From: Octopus vulgaris
Lineage: Eukaryota
NCBI GenBank assembly: GCA_951406725.2
Contig: OX597815.1
Coordinates: 61,566,001-61,630,000, forward strand
DNA: 64,000 nt
Direction of reading: 5' to 3'
Shown: positions 41,101 to 56,302 of the stretch, piece by piece
Layout: every line of letters starts with the position of its first letter
How positions within the stretch are numbered: the first letter of the stretch is position 1
The notes under the pieces: model-generated
The model's input: only the letters and a program-made list of their open reading frames with translations
The model's database searches: none
Told to the model about the DNA's origin: nothing
Translations under genes and position numbers: made by a program

Positions 41101-43668
41101 AAATAAATAGAATTTTTAATCAGTTAGACACATTAATATACTTTTACTCAAATTCTCTAATGTAGCTCAGAATATACTACACTTCTAAGAACTGTATGAA
41201 GTTTGTTAGGGTCATAGCTTGAAAAGGATTGTGGTTCATTTTTAATTTAGAAGTCTTTTTTTATCAACTATAAGGCTAGAGGACAGTGTCTGTTTAGAAT
41301 GGATAGACGGGGTGAATTAACAGTTTATATAGTTGGGTATGATCATAAATATCGTCAGAATTTTAGGAAATGTATTAAATGTATAAGTTATTATCTATAA
41401 ATGAGGCTGGGTAATGGAAGACCCAAAATCAAGATATTAATTACCAGTTAAAGGGGCAAGACGCTAATAAAACCTATGATGTTAATACAGAGGAAATTAT
41501 CATGGAGTACAATGGATGATTGTGTATAAACAATACTGTTATGTTGCATGAAGATAAAATTTAAGATTACTAAAATATTATAACCAGAATAGATAAACTG
41601 TGTATATATACCAGTTTTCAACATTAGAAAGGGAAGACTACATAGAATTAGTTTAATATTCATACCTGTACTTAATTATTTATTTATAAGGTGGTTTCTA
41701 TAAAGGTTACTCTGGGTATTTACTTACGGAATACTGGGGCAATAAATCATGCTATCTTTATATTAATTATAAGCTAAGAATCAGAAAAAAAAATCGGAAA
41801 AATAAATTGTGCACAGATACATACAAATATTTAACTATGTGCACACATGCAAATATACAGAAATATTTGTACTTTATTATGGATATATAATAGTCAACTC
41901 TTCTAGACGTATGTAACTAGAAAGTTTATATTTCTCTTTTAAAATATTAATAACTTATAAGAGATAAGAAGTTAATAGGTAAAGATATCAAAATAAGAAA
42001 ACACAATAAGAAATTATAGTGAATAGTAAGAAAATATATATAACTTATTATATATAATACTAGGGGGTACGTTCACATCAGATATGACACTAAAATTAAT
42101 TTCCCTTATCCAGGTTCAAGTGCAGCACCTATAAACGCTAATTTTTAAATTATTTAAATGTACGAGTGACCCTATGTACGCATGAGACCTTAGCTCTAAT
42201 CTATTATTCACCGGGTTGCTCTTGTCCTTTTACTTAAAAATTTCGTTAGTTTCCATAGAGCACAGTTCGCACTCGTATCGACTATCGTTATAAGGCTGCG
42301 CTTTCCTTATAATATCCCATTTAAGGCTAAATTCAATTCCGCTTTACTTATTTTTGTTGCTTATTTTGATTTTATTCACCTTACTTTGAGTTGTACGGAT
42401 AATGTTGCACTGACTTGGTGCTTCAGCTTAAGTACCTAATTCAACTGAATCTCAATTATTTCTTTTATCCACCTATATAAAAGAGGAAAAAAACTTGACA
42501 TTTTGGCTTTGGCAAGGATTCAATGGCACTAGACGTGCTAGGATCGAGCTGAAAATTGGCAGGGATACTAAATGCGTGGTGAGGATCCGACCTGCGATGG
42601 TTAAAATTCGCAAGCTATAAAGATGTGGTTGCTATGGCAAAGAGAGTAAAAATTGACAAGTGTTTGTTGTTTCTCTCAAATGGATATCACCCTTTCTTCT
42701 TCCATCTCTCTTTCCCCCCTTTCCTCCTCCTTATCTCTGTAACGACTTTTCACAGCTTCTACTCACTCTCTTTCCCTCTCCATATTCGCTGTCTCTCTGT
42801 CGCTCTTTCTCCCCCAGCCTCTCTCTCTCTCTCTCTCTCTCTCTGGCAAACTTTTCTAATGGAATCCCCCCGCCAACATACATAACCCCTCTCTCCTTTT
42901 CTCTGTTACTCACATTTTCTTTCACTGTAACAAGTGAATAAAAAAATTTCAGTTAACTCTCTCGCCCATATCGCACACCTCATCAAACGCACACACACAC
43001 GCTCTCTCTCTCTCTCTCGCTCTTGCTCTCTCTTCCTCCCTCACACACACATGCACGCCCCCTCACAAGGACGGAAAAGATCAATCACTTAGACGATTTC
43101 AAAAGATCCGTTTTTCACCCTTCCAGTGATAAATACAAACCACCAAGTGCTGACTGCAAAAATTCGCCAAATTTGCCAGAAAAAAAACACACACACACAC
43201 ACACACGTCCATTTCATGTATCTTCTTTCAATTTCTGCTCTCTCATTACTCAGATGTCCAATACAATAGCTCTCACCTACATTTTCTTCTCTAAAAAGGT
43301 CTATTTTTTCTACAATGAGTTCTTCCATACTTCTCCACTTTACCTTTGGCTGCTATTTCTACCAGGTCTACCTACCATGTAGACATCTGAACTTCATTTT
43401 CATTCACAAATTTCTCATAATCTTTTCCATAAATCAACTATCGTAAAAATTTTCTACTATGACCTCACATTTTCTATGTGTGTGTGTATACCTTAAAAGA
43501 CGTGATTAGACAGAAGTCCAATAGAATAGTTCTCAGAAACAGACTACGTACAAATTATTTCTTCACAACTCCTGAAGCTGTTTTCTGCGAAGATATTTTC
43601 ACTTCATTCACTCTATCTCTCTTTCTTACCTTCTTTCTCTCTCACATACACACGCGCAAGCACGCACG

Positions 43669-43718
<50 letters not shown>

Positions 43719-44382
43719 TGTCCATTTCATATATTTTCTTTCAATTTTTGCCATCTGCAAACAAAATTTTTATGGATACACCTGTTTACAAAAATAAGGA
43801 TTAATGTATAATTTCTTTCTATGTTCATAATTAAATAAATGTTTTAATGATTAGACAGAGGACCAATACAATAGCTCTCAGAAAGCTGAAGCTGTTTTTT
43901 GACGGGGGTGGGGATGGGTGAGAAATTTTCAGACAGCTGGAGGCCTCAATCGAAACAGGAGACCCGAAATGATGCTGTTATAGATTATGCCTAACCGAAA
44001 ACGATCACAGTCAGATCATTCAAACAGACCAGGTGAAACCAGGCTTATCTGAGAATGTGTGTGTGTGTGTCTGTCTGTCTGTGTGAATCCCTAAAACTTG
44101 AGAACTACACAACCAATTTTATTCAAATTTTACACATGCCTAGAGCGAGCCCACAGCAATATCATATCTTCTCCACACCACTGGTTTTAAATTCATATTA
44201 ATCAAATTAATATTCAATTTTTTACCCTTATTATTTTTAATTTAAATTTACATGTATATATATATATGTGTATAGATATAGATGTATATATATAGATGTA
44301 TGTATATATATATATATATTTATATATTTATATATATTTATATATATATACATGTATATATGTGGATGTATATATATATATT

Positions 44383-44564
44383 CATGGCCCAGTCGTTAGG
44401 GCAACGGACTCGCGGTCGTAGGATCGCAGTTTCGATTCCCAGACCGACCGTTGTGAATGTTTATTGAGCTAAAACACCTAAAGCTCCACGAGGCTCCGGC
44501 AGGGGATGGTGGCGATCCCTGCTGTACTCTTTCGCCGCAACTTTCTCTCACTCTTCCTTCTGTT
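44383..44564 (+). mobile_element. SINE family B, 3'-truncated by a PLE
   Basis: atggcccagtcgttagggcaacggactcgcggtcgtaggatcgcagtttcgattccc. Confidence 0.8.
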
Positions 44565-45361
44565 GGAAAGATTAAAAATTGTGGTAGTAGTTGCTTTGCG
44601 CATTTCTCCATAAGCTCACTAAAGGGTATCATTCTGTATTCTGGGAATGCAATCTGTTGTCGATGCAGTGCGCATCTACGTCTGAGTGATAGTCCCGTGG
44701 ACCCACGTAGTTTTGGTGGCAGCCCGACCATCTTATGACATAAAACATAATTTATGTCATAAGATGCTCGGGCTGCCACCAAAACTACGTGGGGTCCACG
44801 GGACTATCACTCAGACTCAGACAACAGATTGCATTCCCAGAATACAGAATGATACCCTTTAGTGAGCATATGGAGAAATGCGCAAAGCAACTACTACCAC
44901 AATTTTTAATCTTTCCATTTTATCAATGTGGTATTGGAACACCAACACAAATTAGACTAAACAAGGAAACATTCTTCATTGAAAAATATAAGCCCAAACT
45001 TAACCACTCTAACATTCTTATACAGAGAAACTCACCCCATTAAATAAAAGGGAAAAGAAATATAAAGCGATTATCTCTCTTACACCGGAAGAAATCACTT
45101 ATTACCTCTCCTTACCTGGAACTCTACTTTACACTTCATAACGAAGACATAACACGATGTTTTGAGAAATTTGAAAAGTTAACACGAAACCGGTAATTTC
45201 TTCAAAAACTATGTCACTGTATGAAAAAATTTTGTAACATTCTTCTGACATAATGACTCAAATATATTCTTTAACCTTTTAAAACAAGCCTTCTGTAGTT
45301 TCTTCACTTTTTACTATTTTCTATATATTCAACCACGTGCTTTCACACACCAACTTTCTCA

Positions 45362-45363
<2 letters not shown>
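44565..45363 (+). mobile_element. 5'-inverted, truncated Penelope-like element (GIY-YIG domain plus 3' UTR hammerhead)
   Basis: From 44750: IYVIRCSGCHQNYVGSTGLSLR..QQIAFPEYR..FSEHMEKC..FLIFPFYQC..RLNKETFFIEKYKPKLN. 44565-44744 is the inverse of 44751-44916. Ends in (TA)n. Confidence 0.9.
45165..45201 (+). ncRNA. Type I hammerhead ribozyme, U3-A8 core variant
   Basis: agaaat UUGAAAA gt-taac-ac GAAA CCG GUA atttct. Confidence 0.75.
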
Positions 45364-45405
<42 letters not shown>

Positions 45406-45457
45406 TAGATGTATGTGTATACATGTATGTGTAGATGTATTATTTTAAATTCAAATT

Positions 45458-45488
<31 letters not shown>

Positions 45489-45882
45489 ATCTATGTATGT
45501 ATATATATAGATGTATACATATAGATGAATATATATAGATGTGTGTATATATATATACATATATAGATATATATACATGTATATATATATGGATATATAT
45601 ATATATACATATATATATACATGTATATATATATAGATGTATATGTATACATGTATATGTATAGCTCTATATGTATACATGTATGTGTAGATGTATATAT
45701 ATAGATAGATGTACATGTAATATGTACATATATATACATGCATACATATATACACCCATGCAAACATACACACCCACACCCATACATAAGTGTTGGTGTG
45801 GCTATGTGGTAACAAACTTGGTTCCAAAACACATGGTCCTCAGTTCAGTCCCACCTCGTGATAACTTGGCATGTTTTCTGCT

Positions 45883-46025
45883 ATATCTGTCTGTGGGAAT
45901 CCCTAAAACTTGAGAACTACACAACCAATTCCATTCAAATTTACAATGCAAAATTTTTAATTTTCAAAAATTCCAATTCTAAAGGGTCGAAACAAACCCG
46001 AGCAACGCCGGTCGATACTGCTTGT
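45883..46025 (+). mobile_element. Short Helitron-like element
   Basis: 3' hairpin cccgagcaacgccgg followed by ctgcttgt (decayed CTAG). The 5' part matches 44070-44135. Confidence 0.5.
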
Positions 46026-46171
46026 ATATACATAAAACAAAAACACATTAGTCAACGACCGAATGAGCATTACAATTTCGCGCCTTTAACGTTGATATTG
46101 ATCACTTTTGGTGGCGCCAATGGCGAAAATCTAAAGAACGTACAGGACAATGACGAAACGAAACATAAAAT

Positions 46172-46257
<86 letters not shown>

Positions 46258-46311
46258 GGTGCCCCAGCATGGCCACAGCTCATGAGCTGAAACTAGAATC
46301 AATCAATCAAT

Positions 46312-46375
<64 letters not shown>

Positions 46376-46837
46376 AGAACAAAAAAGATATGCGGCCGAC
46401 AGATATGGGATAACGCAAAGGAAAATGTGCTGTAGGAAAGGAGACGAGAGAAGGATAGCTAAAAATCAGAACGAATGAAGACGTAAAGTATTAAGGAGGG
46501 AAAGAGAAAAGGGGAGGGAAGAAGGCAAAAGAGAGGCAAAGAAAGTATTAGTCGTCGAATGAAAATATTGGAAGAATATTTTACAAGGAAAAAGATTCAG
46601 GAATGCGTAGCGTTACATATATACATATACATACATATATATAAGCGCATATTGTTGTTAAATGCTCGAAATACGAGACTAGAAAAACAACCAACAACTG
46701 ATGAAGGGTCGTTCTTTATGTTGTTTGTCTTGTTTTCCATTTGTGTCTTTCGTTGTTCGAAAGAATAGTTCATGTTCCATGTACTCATGGTTCATATTTT
46801 TTGTTGCGCACGTTTCGTGACGTCCTGTGCCCACATA

Positions 46838-46882
<45 letters not shown>

Positions 46883-47216
46883 GTATAGATGTATGTACAT
46901 ATACGTATGTATATATGCATATATATATATATATGACCTCGTGTTAATATATATAGCGTGCAGTCCGACAAATTATATTTTACGACGTACCTCACTGAGG
47001 ACCTGAAGATAATTATGTAAGTAAAATTGCATAATTTATTAACAGTAAAACAATTGTATGGGATTAATCTATATTTTTGTTATTTTTCATTTGTCCTGCT
47101 CGCTTACGTTCTTAGTGTGCTAAATTTTTCTCGAGAACATTTCTTAGTGGTTCAGACCCTTGCGGATCTTATCTAGCGTAAGAGCGTCCACATAGTGGAT
47201 TCTCTCTCATATTTAT

Positions 47217-47251
<35 letters not shown>

Positions 47252-47333
47252 GATGTAAGTATGTACATATACGTTTGTATAATATATGCATATACATATA
47301 TATATTATATATATATACATATATATATATGTG

Positions 47334-47379
<46 letters not shown>

Positions 47380-47381
<2 letters not shown>

Positions 47382-48030
47382 CTTCTTCTCTCCCTTTCTC
47401 TTGCTTCTCCTCCCCCCTTCCCGTCGTTCACCCGCAACGTGACTTCCGTCTTCCTGTCGTTCACCCGCGACGTCACTTCCGCTGCTGTCTCTCCCGCCTG
47501 GCTCTTTCAAGGTAATGGACGACATTTCTTTTCGCTCCGCTCGTCGTCCATAAAAGATTCTGCGTTTGCAATACTTTTTTACGTTCGGCGTCAACAGCCC
47601 TTCTTATCTTGTTTTTCTTTGTCTTGTCCTTTACTGTTTACAATTTGTACTGTCGTTACTGTCCTGTTTTTACCATTTTTTACCCCTCTGCGAAAAGATC
47701 TCAGAATTTTAATTGATTTGCTTTTCGCAGGAAGGAAAGTTTTCTTGTCGAAGATACGTCTCGCTTTTATCCTTCGAAACGTAGAGTAGATGAAATCTTT
47801 AGCGACTGAAGAAGGGGTTTTTCTTTGTATTAATTGTCCTGTACTCTATTTTTTTTTGCTGTTTTTAAATATTTGTCCAGTTCCTTTGGTTTGTGTCTAT
47901 GTTTTCGTTTCTCTTTGTGTTCGACGTCCTTTTGGTGTCCTGTACTCATATATGCGTGTATATGTACATGTAGAGGTAGGTACGTACATATATGTTTATA
48001 TATATGCATATGTTTTATTTTATTTATTAA
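47380..48030 (+). mobile_element. TA-flanked repeat related to P1/P2
   Basis: CT-rich body, then hairpin-GAAA and ctgaaga arrangement as in P1. Its 3' part matches the reverse complement of 10535-10610. Confidence 0.5.
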
Positions 48031-48048
48031 TATATATATATATATATA

Positions 48049-48720
48049 ACCAATGTAAAGACGGAATCTCTACACAAGAAAGAATCAACAAGGAGAATCT
48101 TTTAATTGAAAAATTCCAAACGCATCCTAATATGCAAACTCCACGATGACCATACTCCTTTTTCTAGCATCCTATCTAACAAAAACTTGATATAAGCATC
48201 CTGTCTGACAAAAAATCCATCACTCCAATTAAAGAGCATAAACTCTAGAGAATTGTCTCCCTTTACTCACAGGAACTGGATAACTCCTACCCCATTTCCT
48301 GTTTTGACACATTCACTCAACGCTTTAAACTAAGCACTACATTTAAGCACATGGATCCTAATCCTCCAAAGAAGTTTTTCCAAGGACTATTATTGAACTC
48401 TAAAAGCATAAAGACTCTACAATGTATTGGTATACTTATTTATTAATTTTTGTATATATCTATTATTATTTTTTTGAAAAAAACATTGTAAATTTCTTTT
48501 TTCCCCTTCCTCAATTTAAAAAAAAATTTCTTTTCCCCTTCCAAATCTTGAAAATTTGTCTTGCGATGAAAACCGGTTTGATTTATTATTTTTTCTTTTT
48601 TAATTTTCCATACAGCCATTTTTATTAAAATGTACTTTCAATTTAACATTCTTCCTTATAATTTTTCCTCTCCTATCATTTCTTCACGTGCGGTCAACAC
48701 AACCCCACCATTTACTGATT
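48049..48720 (+). mobile_element. 5'-truncated PLE (GIY-YIG C-terminus plus 3' UTR), TA-flanked
   Basis: QCKDGISTQERINKENLLIEKFQTHPN is homologous to QCGIGTPTQIRLNKETFFIEKYKPKLN at 44925-45004. Confidence 0.75.
48543..48584 (+). ncRNA. Hammerhead ribozyme, U3-A8 core variant
   Basis: aaatc UUGAAAA tttg-tcttg-cgat GAAA A CCGG UUU gattt. Confidence 0.6.
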
Positions 48721-48735
48721 TATATATATATATAT

Positions 48736-49042
48736 CACCGTGATCACCGTGACCGACCAGGCTATCAGATGTTGCTACACATCGCTGGTCACAATGCGCT
48801 TCACATTGTTTTAGCCTTCAAATGATGCCACCCCGCTGGCTAAGCGAGCGGGCCAACAGAAGAAAGAGTGAGAGAAAGTTGTGGCGAAAGAGTACAGCAG
48901 GGATCGCCACCATCCCCTACCGGAGCCTCGTGGAGCTTTAGGTGTTTTCGCTCAATAAACACTCACAACGCCCGGTCTGAGAATCGAAACAACGATCCTA
49001 CAACTGCGAGTCCGCTGCCCTAACCACTAGGCCATTGCGCCT

Positions 49043-49045
<3 letters not shown>
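48736..49045 (-). mobile_element. SINE family B, full length
   Basis: Reverse complement of the 8829-9123 sequence. Confidence 0.85.
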
Positions 49046-49097
<52 letters not shown>

Positions 49098-49110
49098 CAC
49101 ACACACACAT

Positions 49111-49159
<49 letters not shown>

Positions 49160-49659
49160 CATACATATATATAAACTTATGTACTTACGAGCAAAAGACC
49201 CTCCGTCCAATGGACAGTGCTGAGTTGTCAAACGTTTAAACAAAATTTTCTCAAAACAACTTGTCCGACCGTCCCATAGGCCTCCCCTTTGAGAAACACT
49301 GATTTAACCTAAATTTGAGACACCAGCAAAAGAAGAAATAAAGATAGTTTTTTTCTATTCCAAAGAAAAACGATTTTATTCACACAAATATGCAACCGAA
49401 GAGTTTAAAGTACCAGTAATGATAAGGCTGTTGACTGGGTGCGCAACAGTTGATGTGCTTGCGCGTATAAATGCACGTTCCCACGGCTTTATCGATCGCA
49501 TTCTCACCTGGAATCGATTTTTGTAATTTTTGCAAGACTTATACACGCCTTGATACCGTCGGTATCTACATATCAAAATTGAGTGCAATCGGATGGTGGA
49601 TGCCCGAGATCCTTGAAGACACACACACACAGACAGACTGAACGGATTTTATATAATAG

Positions 49660-50100
49660 ATTTAGAAGGAAACGGAAGGAGCAACGTTCCATATTCGAAT
49701 ATGGCACTGTCATCGGCAGGGTTAAACGAACGTGTTTCCTTCTACTCCTACCCCACTTCTTAATTACTTAAAGCCGTTCCTATCCTTCAACTCATCTCTT
49801 TTATCATCCTTCCTTTTCATCTCACTCTCGGCTTTACCTGTTTCTCCTCACTCCATTACTCTTTCCGTCTTCCTTCTCACACTGCTCTCCTATCAGCTCT
49901 TGCTCACGTGAACCTGCGTTCTTTACCAGTTCAGCCAGTTTTAATAATTTTTTAAACTTTGCGGTTGCAAAATTCTGCCGTGTTTCATTAATTTAACTCC
50001 TTTTAATTTTTCGTCTCAAGAAGAACTAAATCCGAAACGCTGAATTTCCCACTCTTCACGGCAAGTCCACTACACTATTTTTATCGATTTTATACTTGCC
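49660..50100 (+). mobile_element. PLE 3' fragment (GIY-YIG C-terminus, CT-rich UTR, decayed HHR near 50010-50045)
   Basis: RRKRKEQRSIFEYGTV..(frameshift)..GLNER matches the RxxxEQxLIFxLGTLxPxGLN end of PLE ORFs. Confidence 0.55.
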
Positions 50101-50274
50101 TATCTACACGCAGGCACACACACACACACACATACACACACACATGTATATATATGTATATGTTTATGTATGTTGTTTATATATATTATATATGTATATA
50201 TATATGAGTGTGTATGTGTGTGTATATACACACACACGCACGCACACACGTACACACTCACACACACACACACA

Positions 50275-50840
50275 TAGTTAAAATTTATAGACTCTAACAA
50301 AAGACGAAGACAGGTGTATGAACAACAAGCAGGTGTATTAGTTTGACGCTCGGGAAAAGGAAGATGTCTTTCAAGTTTCGATCCTAGCTCTTCAGCAGAA
50401 AGGAATAAGAGAAAATAGAGAGAAAATCAAAGCAAAAATTGTAGATTTAGCGGTCAAGCATGGTGAACGATTAGAAAAAAGTTCGAAAGATGTTGAAAGA
50501 AAGTGAGATAATAAAGTGGGGTGGGTGGAGTGGGGTTAGTATTAATGAAGAGAGGAAGTAGGTGTCAGATGTAGAGAGAATGGGAGTTGAGTCCATCTGA
50601 GACAAAGAAGCGAAGAGAGAAGATTAATCCCTGCTCACGGCGAAGACGGGAGTCCGGATGGTTCCTGTGCAAAGACAGTCCGAACACAGATATTGTAGTG
50701 AATGACCGATAGAGCGGAAACGGCTCGAGATCGGGGTGTCATTGCCGAGTAGGAGTGTGAGTCGGTGTGTTTGCAGTGGGTGGAGGTAGTCAGAGCGGAG
50801 TGGTGTATGCTGACAGTAATGTCGTTATATGTGTTTGTCT
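50275..50840 (-). mobile_element. PLE 3' fragment with hammerhead-like motif
   Basis: Reverse complement translates LGNDTPISSRFRSIGHS..VFGLSLHRNHPDSRLRREQGLIFSLRFFVSDGLNS. Confidence 0.65.
50366..50403 (-). ncRNA. Minimal hammerhead-like motif, A6C core, decayed cleavage site
   Basis: Reverse complement: cttt CUGCUGA a gagctaggatc GAAA CUUG aaag. Confidence 0.4.
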
Positions 50841-50863
50841 GTATATATATATATATATATATA

Positions 50864-51145
50864 CTTTATTTAAAGCAGCAGAATATTCAACAAAATCTGT
50901 TACTCTGAGTTTCTCGTTGCCGTTCATCAGACAGTTTTTGCTAGAAAAACTGTCTAGCAAAAACTGTCTGATGAACTGTCTGATGAACGGCAACTGTCTG
51001 ATGAACTGTCTGATCAACGGCAACGAGAAACTCAGAGTAACAGATTTTGTTGAATTTTCTGCTGCTTTAAATAAAGCATATTACTCTACCACTGGTATTT
51101 GAGTACTCTTTTTTCCACCTTGTTTCACATTTATGTGTTTACTCC

Positions 51146-51148
<3 letters not shown>
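50864..51148. mobile_element. Mini foldback hammerhead element in (TA)n with reiterated junction
   Basis: Same family as 37287-37500. The centre has repeated aactgtctgatg units. Confidence 0.85.
50897..50934 (-). ncRNA. Small type I hammerhead, canonical core
   Basis: Reverse complement: ctgt CUGAUGA acg-gcaa-cga GAAA CUC A GA GUA acag. The plus-arm copy at 51006-51043 has CUGAUCA. Confidence 0.75.
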
Positions 51149-51221
<73 letters not shown>

Positions 51222-51599
51222 CGTGTATATATACATACACAGACAGAAAAGCGAGGGAAGTAAGGGAGGGGGTAGAAAGAGAGAAAGAGGGAAAGACGAA
51301 GAGGGTGAGAGAGATGTGAACGTCCAATACTTTAACCAACTGGTTCTAAAGACATCGTCTCTCCATGCCAATCTGTGTTTAAATTTCCAAATATTTCATA
51401 TGCCTGATCTTATTGAAATTATCTCCCTTGCGTAATGCTTTCCGATTTTAAACCCGCCTAGAGGGAGTTTTTGCTTGCTAATTGCATGAATAATCTCAGT
51501 TTATCGAAGTTTTTCAATTCAGTATATTTCATATATGGAATCCTAGAGCAGCACAACCTGCCTCTTCCTCCCCACCTATTTCTATGGCTCCCCTCTTTA

Positions 51600-51632
51600 A
51601 CACATAGATACCCACCCTCACCCACCCATACA

Positions 51633-51708
<76 letters not shown>

Positions 51709-52448
51709 CATACATACACACACACGTACATGCATACATACATACATACATACATACAAACATACATACATTCATACAATACATATTAAGCATACGTGCG
51801 ACAGTATCGTATTCACACATTTAAGACCACACGCACACGTACAGCAAAACCGCAGCCAAATAGCGTATAGGCGCGCGTAAGCATACTAATACACATAGAT
51901 GCACACTTAAATTGCATTGCATACACACACATGCAATGCACGCACGAACACAAACGAATTGTAAAAATAGAATAATACAGCGCACGCACACTCACGCACA
52001 GAAATGCACACACGCACACACACACCTACACCCCCCCCACACACACACGTTAGCGACAGCGCATCACGCACAGCCCACAACACCAACACCACACACACAC
52101 ACAAACACACACACGCGTTAGCGACAGAACATCACGCACCTCATACACACACACATACACAACACACGCGCACGCACATACACACACACACACCCACACA
52201 TACGAGTCGCTATACAACCGACATACAAAAACACATAGTGAACATACATTCACAGCAGGATACGCACCGTACACACACGTACACACGCACACACAAAGCT
52301 ACAAAACTCCTAAAACACACAACGCATTAAGTGTGCAAAGACACGGCATACATACAAATATACATATACATATATATATATGTATATAAGTTTGTATGTG
52401 TATGTGTATGTGTGCCTCTCTCTCTCTATATATATATGTATATATATT

Positions 52449-52517
<69 letters not shown>

Positions 52518-54460
52518 GAACATATCTAAATATAATACATATATATATATGTGTATGTATACACGCGTACACATATACGTACAGTATATACGTACTTAGA
52601 TACATACTTAATTACATACATATTTAGCAACATATATGCATACCTACATATATACAAACACATACATGCGTACATATGTACATGCACATACGGACATAAC
52701 CATACAGTCACACTCACACGCGCACACACACACACAACGCACTGATGACACAAAGGAAGATACGGTTTGCACACACATAAAACCCTAAACACACACTCAC
52801 ACAGCAGAGAAAAACCTACAAAATAGAACACGACATACGCTTACACACATACACGTACAGATACACATACACACATACACAAACATAGCCACGTCGTAGC
52901 AGACGTACACATACACATACGCATACACGTACACACAGCAAGCACTCGCCACCTTTTCCCATCTCCCCTCCCCGTACCTCTAGCGCGCCGTTCTAAACTC
53001 GCCGACACTTATGTACCGCCTCCATCCCCTCCACTCCACCGCTCTCCCTTCTTCACGCAACACAACACTCCACACCACCACCCCTCACCGTCCCAAACCA
53101 CACCACACACACACATCGTACCGCACCACCTACATCACATCACACCGTTCTATACGCGCCACCGCCACCACCACCACCACTACCATCACCACCGTCATAC
53201 ACACCATGTTTTCCCCGCCTCCCGCACTTCATTGTACCACCACACACGCACACAATCACAGACACAGGTACATACACATATGCACATACGTACACAGAAC
53301 TTACAAATATACATATATACATTAACATATATCGTATCACTACATATATGTATACATCTTTACACATGTCGCCCCATACATACATAGGCACACATATTAC
53401 TTCCTCACACACACATACACGAAGATAGACCAACATAAACACACACTCACAGTATACACACATATACATGTAGCATTAACGAACGAACAGATCGCTTTTC
53501 ACACGCACGCAACATATGCACAACCACATACACGAAAAAATACAAATCATACACATATATACATACACAAAATACACGTATATAGAGAAAGACAGAGTGT
53601 GAGTGGGAGTAGGTTTACATATATATATACACACTCGGCTTTTCTGCCGCCACACATACAGACAATAAACACACATACAGATAAACACATATCCACGTAT
53701 ACATACACATATACACAAAGCTACGAAACACATACACATACGTACAGAGACATATATATACATACGCACACACAAACAGCGGTTGGATCGAACATATCGC
53801 TTTTCACACGCACGTAACAGAGAGACAGAGAGAAAGAGCGAAAGAGATAGAGCGAGAGAATGAGAGAGAGAAAGAAATAGAGCGAGAGAATGAGAGAAAG
53901 AGATAAAGCAAGAGAATGAGAGAAAGAGTGACATAAAGAGATAGACAGATAAAGGGAGAGATAGCGTCAGCTACAGATATACAAAGAGAGACAGATAGAG
54001 AGAAAGAGAGATATTTACATATATATACGGACTGATACATATATATACACACACGCGTCGCTTCCTTGCCACCGCACTATAACTACATCAAACACATGCT
54101 CTAGAATATAACATACATATATATATATACACATTCGCGAACGTAAATATATATCGCTTCCCATTGGCGCACAAACACACACACACACTAATACTATACA
54201 AAACACACAGACACGTACGCACAAAACGAACACACAGACAGAGAGACAGCTACAACCACATAAACCAGATAAGACGCACAGACATATATATACATACACA
54301 CAGTGATATCCTCCCACACCATATCACCACCCCTACCACCACCATCACTCATCCGTTCTACGAACCGCCATCTTTTTTGTTGTTTATATTTTTTAGGCGA
54401 CTTATTTTATGGGTTTTTATCTTTTGTATTTATATTTTACAGAATGTACATGTATGTATG

Positions 54461-54505
<45 letters not shown>

Positions 54506-54863
54506 GTACAGTAATATTCTTTTATAATAGACATATATATATATATATGTATATGCACACATATTATATATATTTATATATATAACATACACACATACAT
54601 ACACACATGTATAAATATATAAACCCACACATATATGTTATAATATATATGTGTGTGTTCTTTTTGTTATTGCTTTTTGGCGTGCTTATTTTGGTTATTT
54701 TCATGTTTTCTTTTATTTCTTTACTGTTTTTGTATATACTTTTTATCGTCAGATATTGTATTTTTATTTTTATATATTTATGTTTTCCTACCTTATTTTT
54801 TATTTACTTTTTGCTGCAGATATACAGACATATATAAATGACGTATATTCGCACGAGATGCGA

Positions 54864-54958
<95 letters not shown>

Positions 54959-55000
54959 CATATATATATACATATATATATACATATATATATATATATA

Positions 55001-55055
<55 letters not shown>

Positions 55056-55157
55056 ATGTATAAATGTATTTTTATACGATTTTTTTATTTATATACTTTT
55101 CCTTTACAGAGGGATATTGTGTGCATTTTTTGTGTGAATTTTTTTTACGATATTACG

Positions 55158-55206
<49 letters not shown>

Positions 55207-55490
55207 TGCACGCACACACATGTATATTCATATATGTATGTATCTATATAGGTATATACATTAATGTATATAGTTGTCTACATCCGTGTATATATTCTCA
55301 AATATATGATATAAATGTACTTACACACACACACATGTATATATATATGACTGTTTATTGTTGAATACATACAAGTAGATATACGTGATTTTACGTGTGC
55401 GTATATATAGATATGCGTACAATACATATACATATATATAGAGGTAGATAGATAACAGACATATATATACGTATATTTTATAAATATGTA

Positions 55491-55547
<57 letters not shown>

Positions 55548-55587
55548 GTATACATTTATGGATATGTATATATAAATCTTTAGGCAT

Positions 55588-55627
<40 letters not shown>

Positions 55628-56251
55628 GTGTATATATATATGTGTGTGTGTGTATACGTTTTTACGTATATATGTTTTATGTGTATGTGGATATCCTTAT
55701 TCATTTTAATTTTTCATCTTTTTTTATTTTTTTGTATCCTTTATATATCCGTTTCAGCAATCACCCATCCTCCTCACCTCACTCAACTCTTCTTTCCGAC
55801 ATAATCACTAACACCAACGCCATCACACGCCTAAATACATACACACACATACATATATATATCTACACACACACATATGTACCTATATATATGTACAGCT
55901 TTGATTATAATATATAAAAAAATATATACATATACGTTATGTATATATACATTTTTTAATATATACTTACAGTAAGTATATAACGTATGTATATATATAT
56001 AGATATATATGTATATATATACGCACACACACACACACACACATACGTATATATATATATATCTACGTATAAGATATTCGCCATGTATACAAAAATACCG
56101 CCTACCACACCGACCAACTTAACACACCGGTACCTCCATTCCTACTACCCCATCACCATCCCCACCACCCTACATCTACCACATCTCCGTAGCTAGCACG
56201 GCTGCTGCTCTGATCTTGCCACCGTCTCCGTCGTGATTATAGGCAATACTC

Positions 56252-56302
<51 letters not shown>

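Noticed and set aside
50940-51020. Short repeats as a CRISPR-like array
   Set aside because: Eukaryotic context, no unique spacers, no cas genes.
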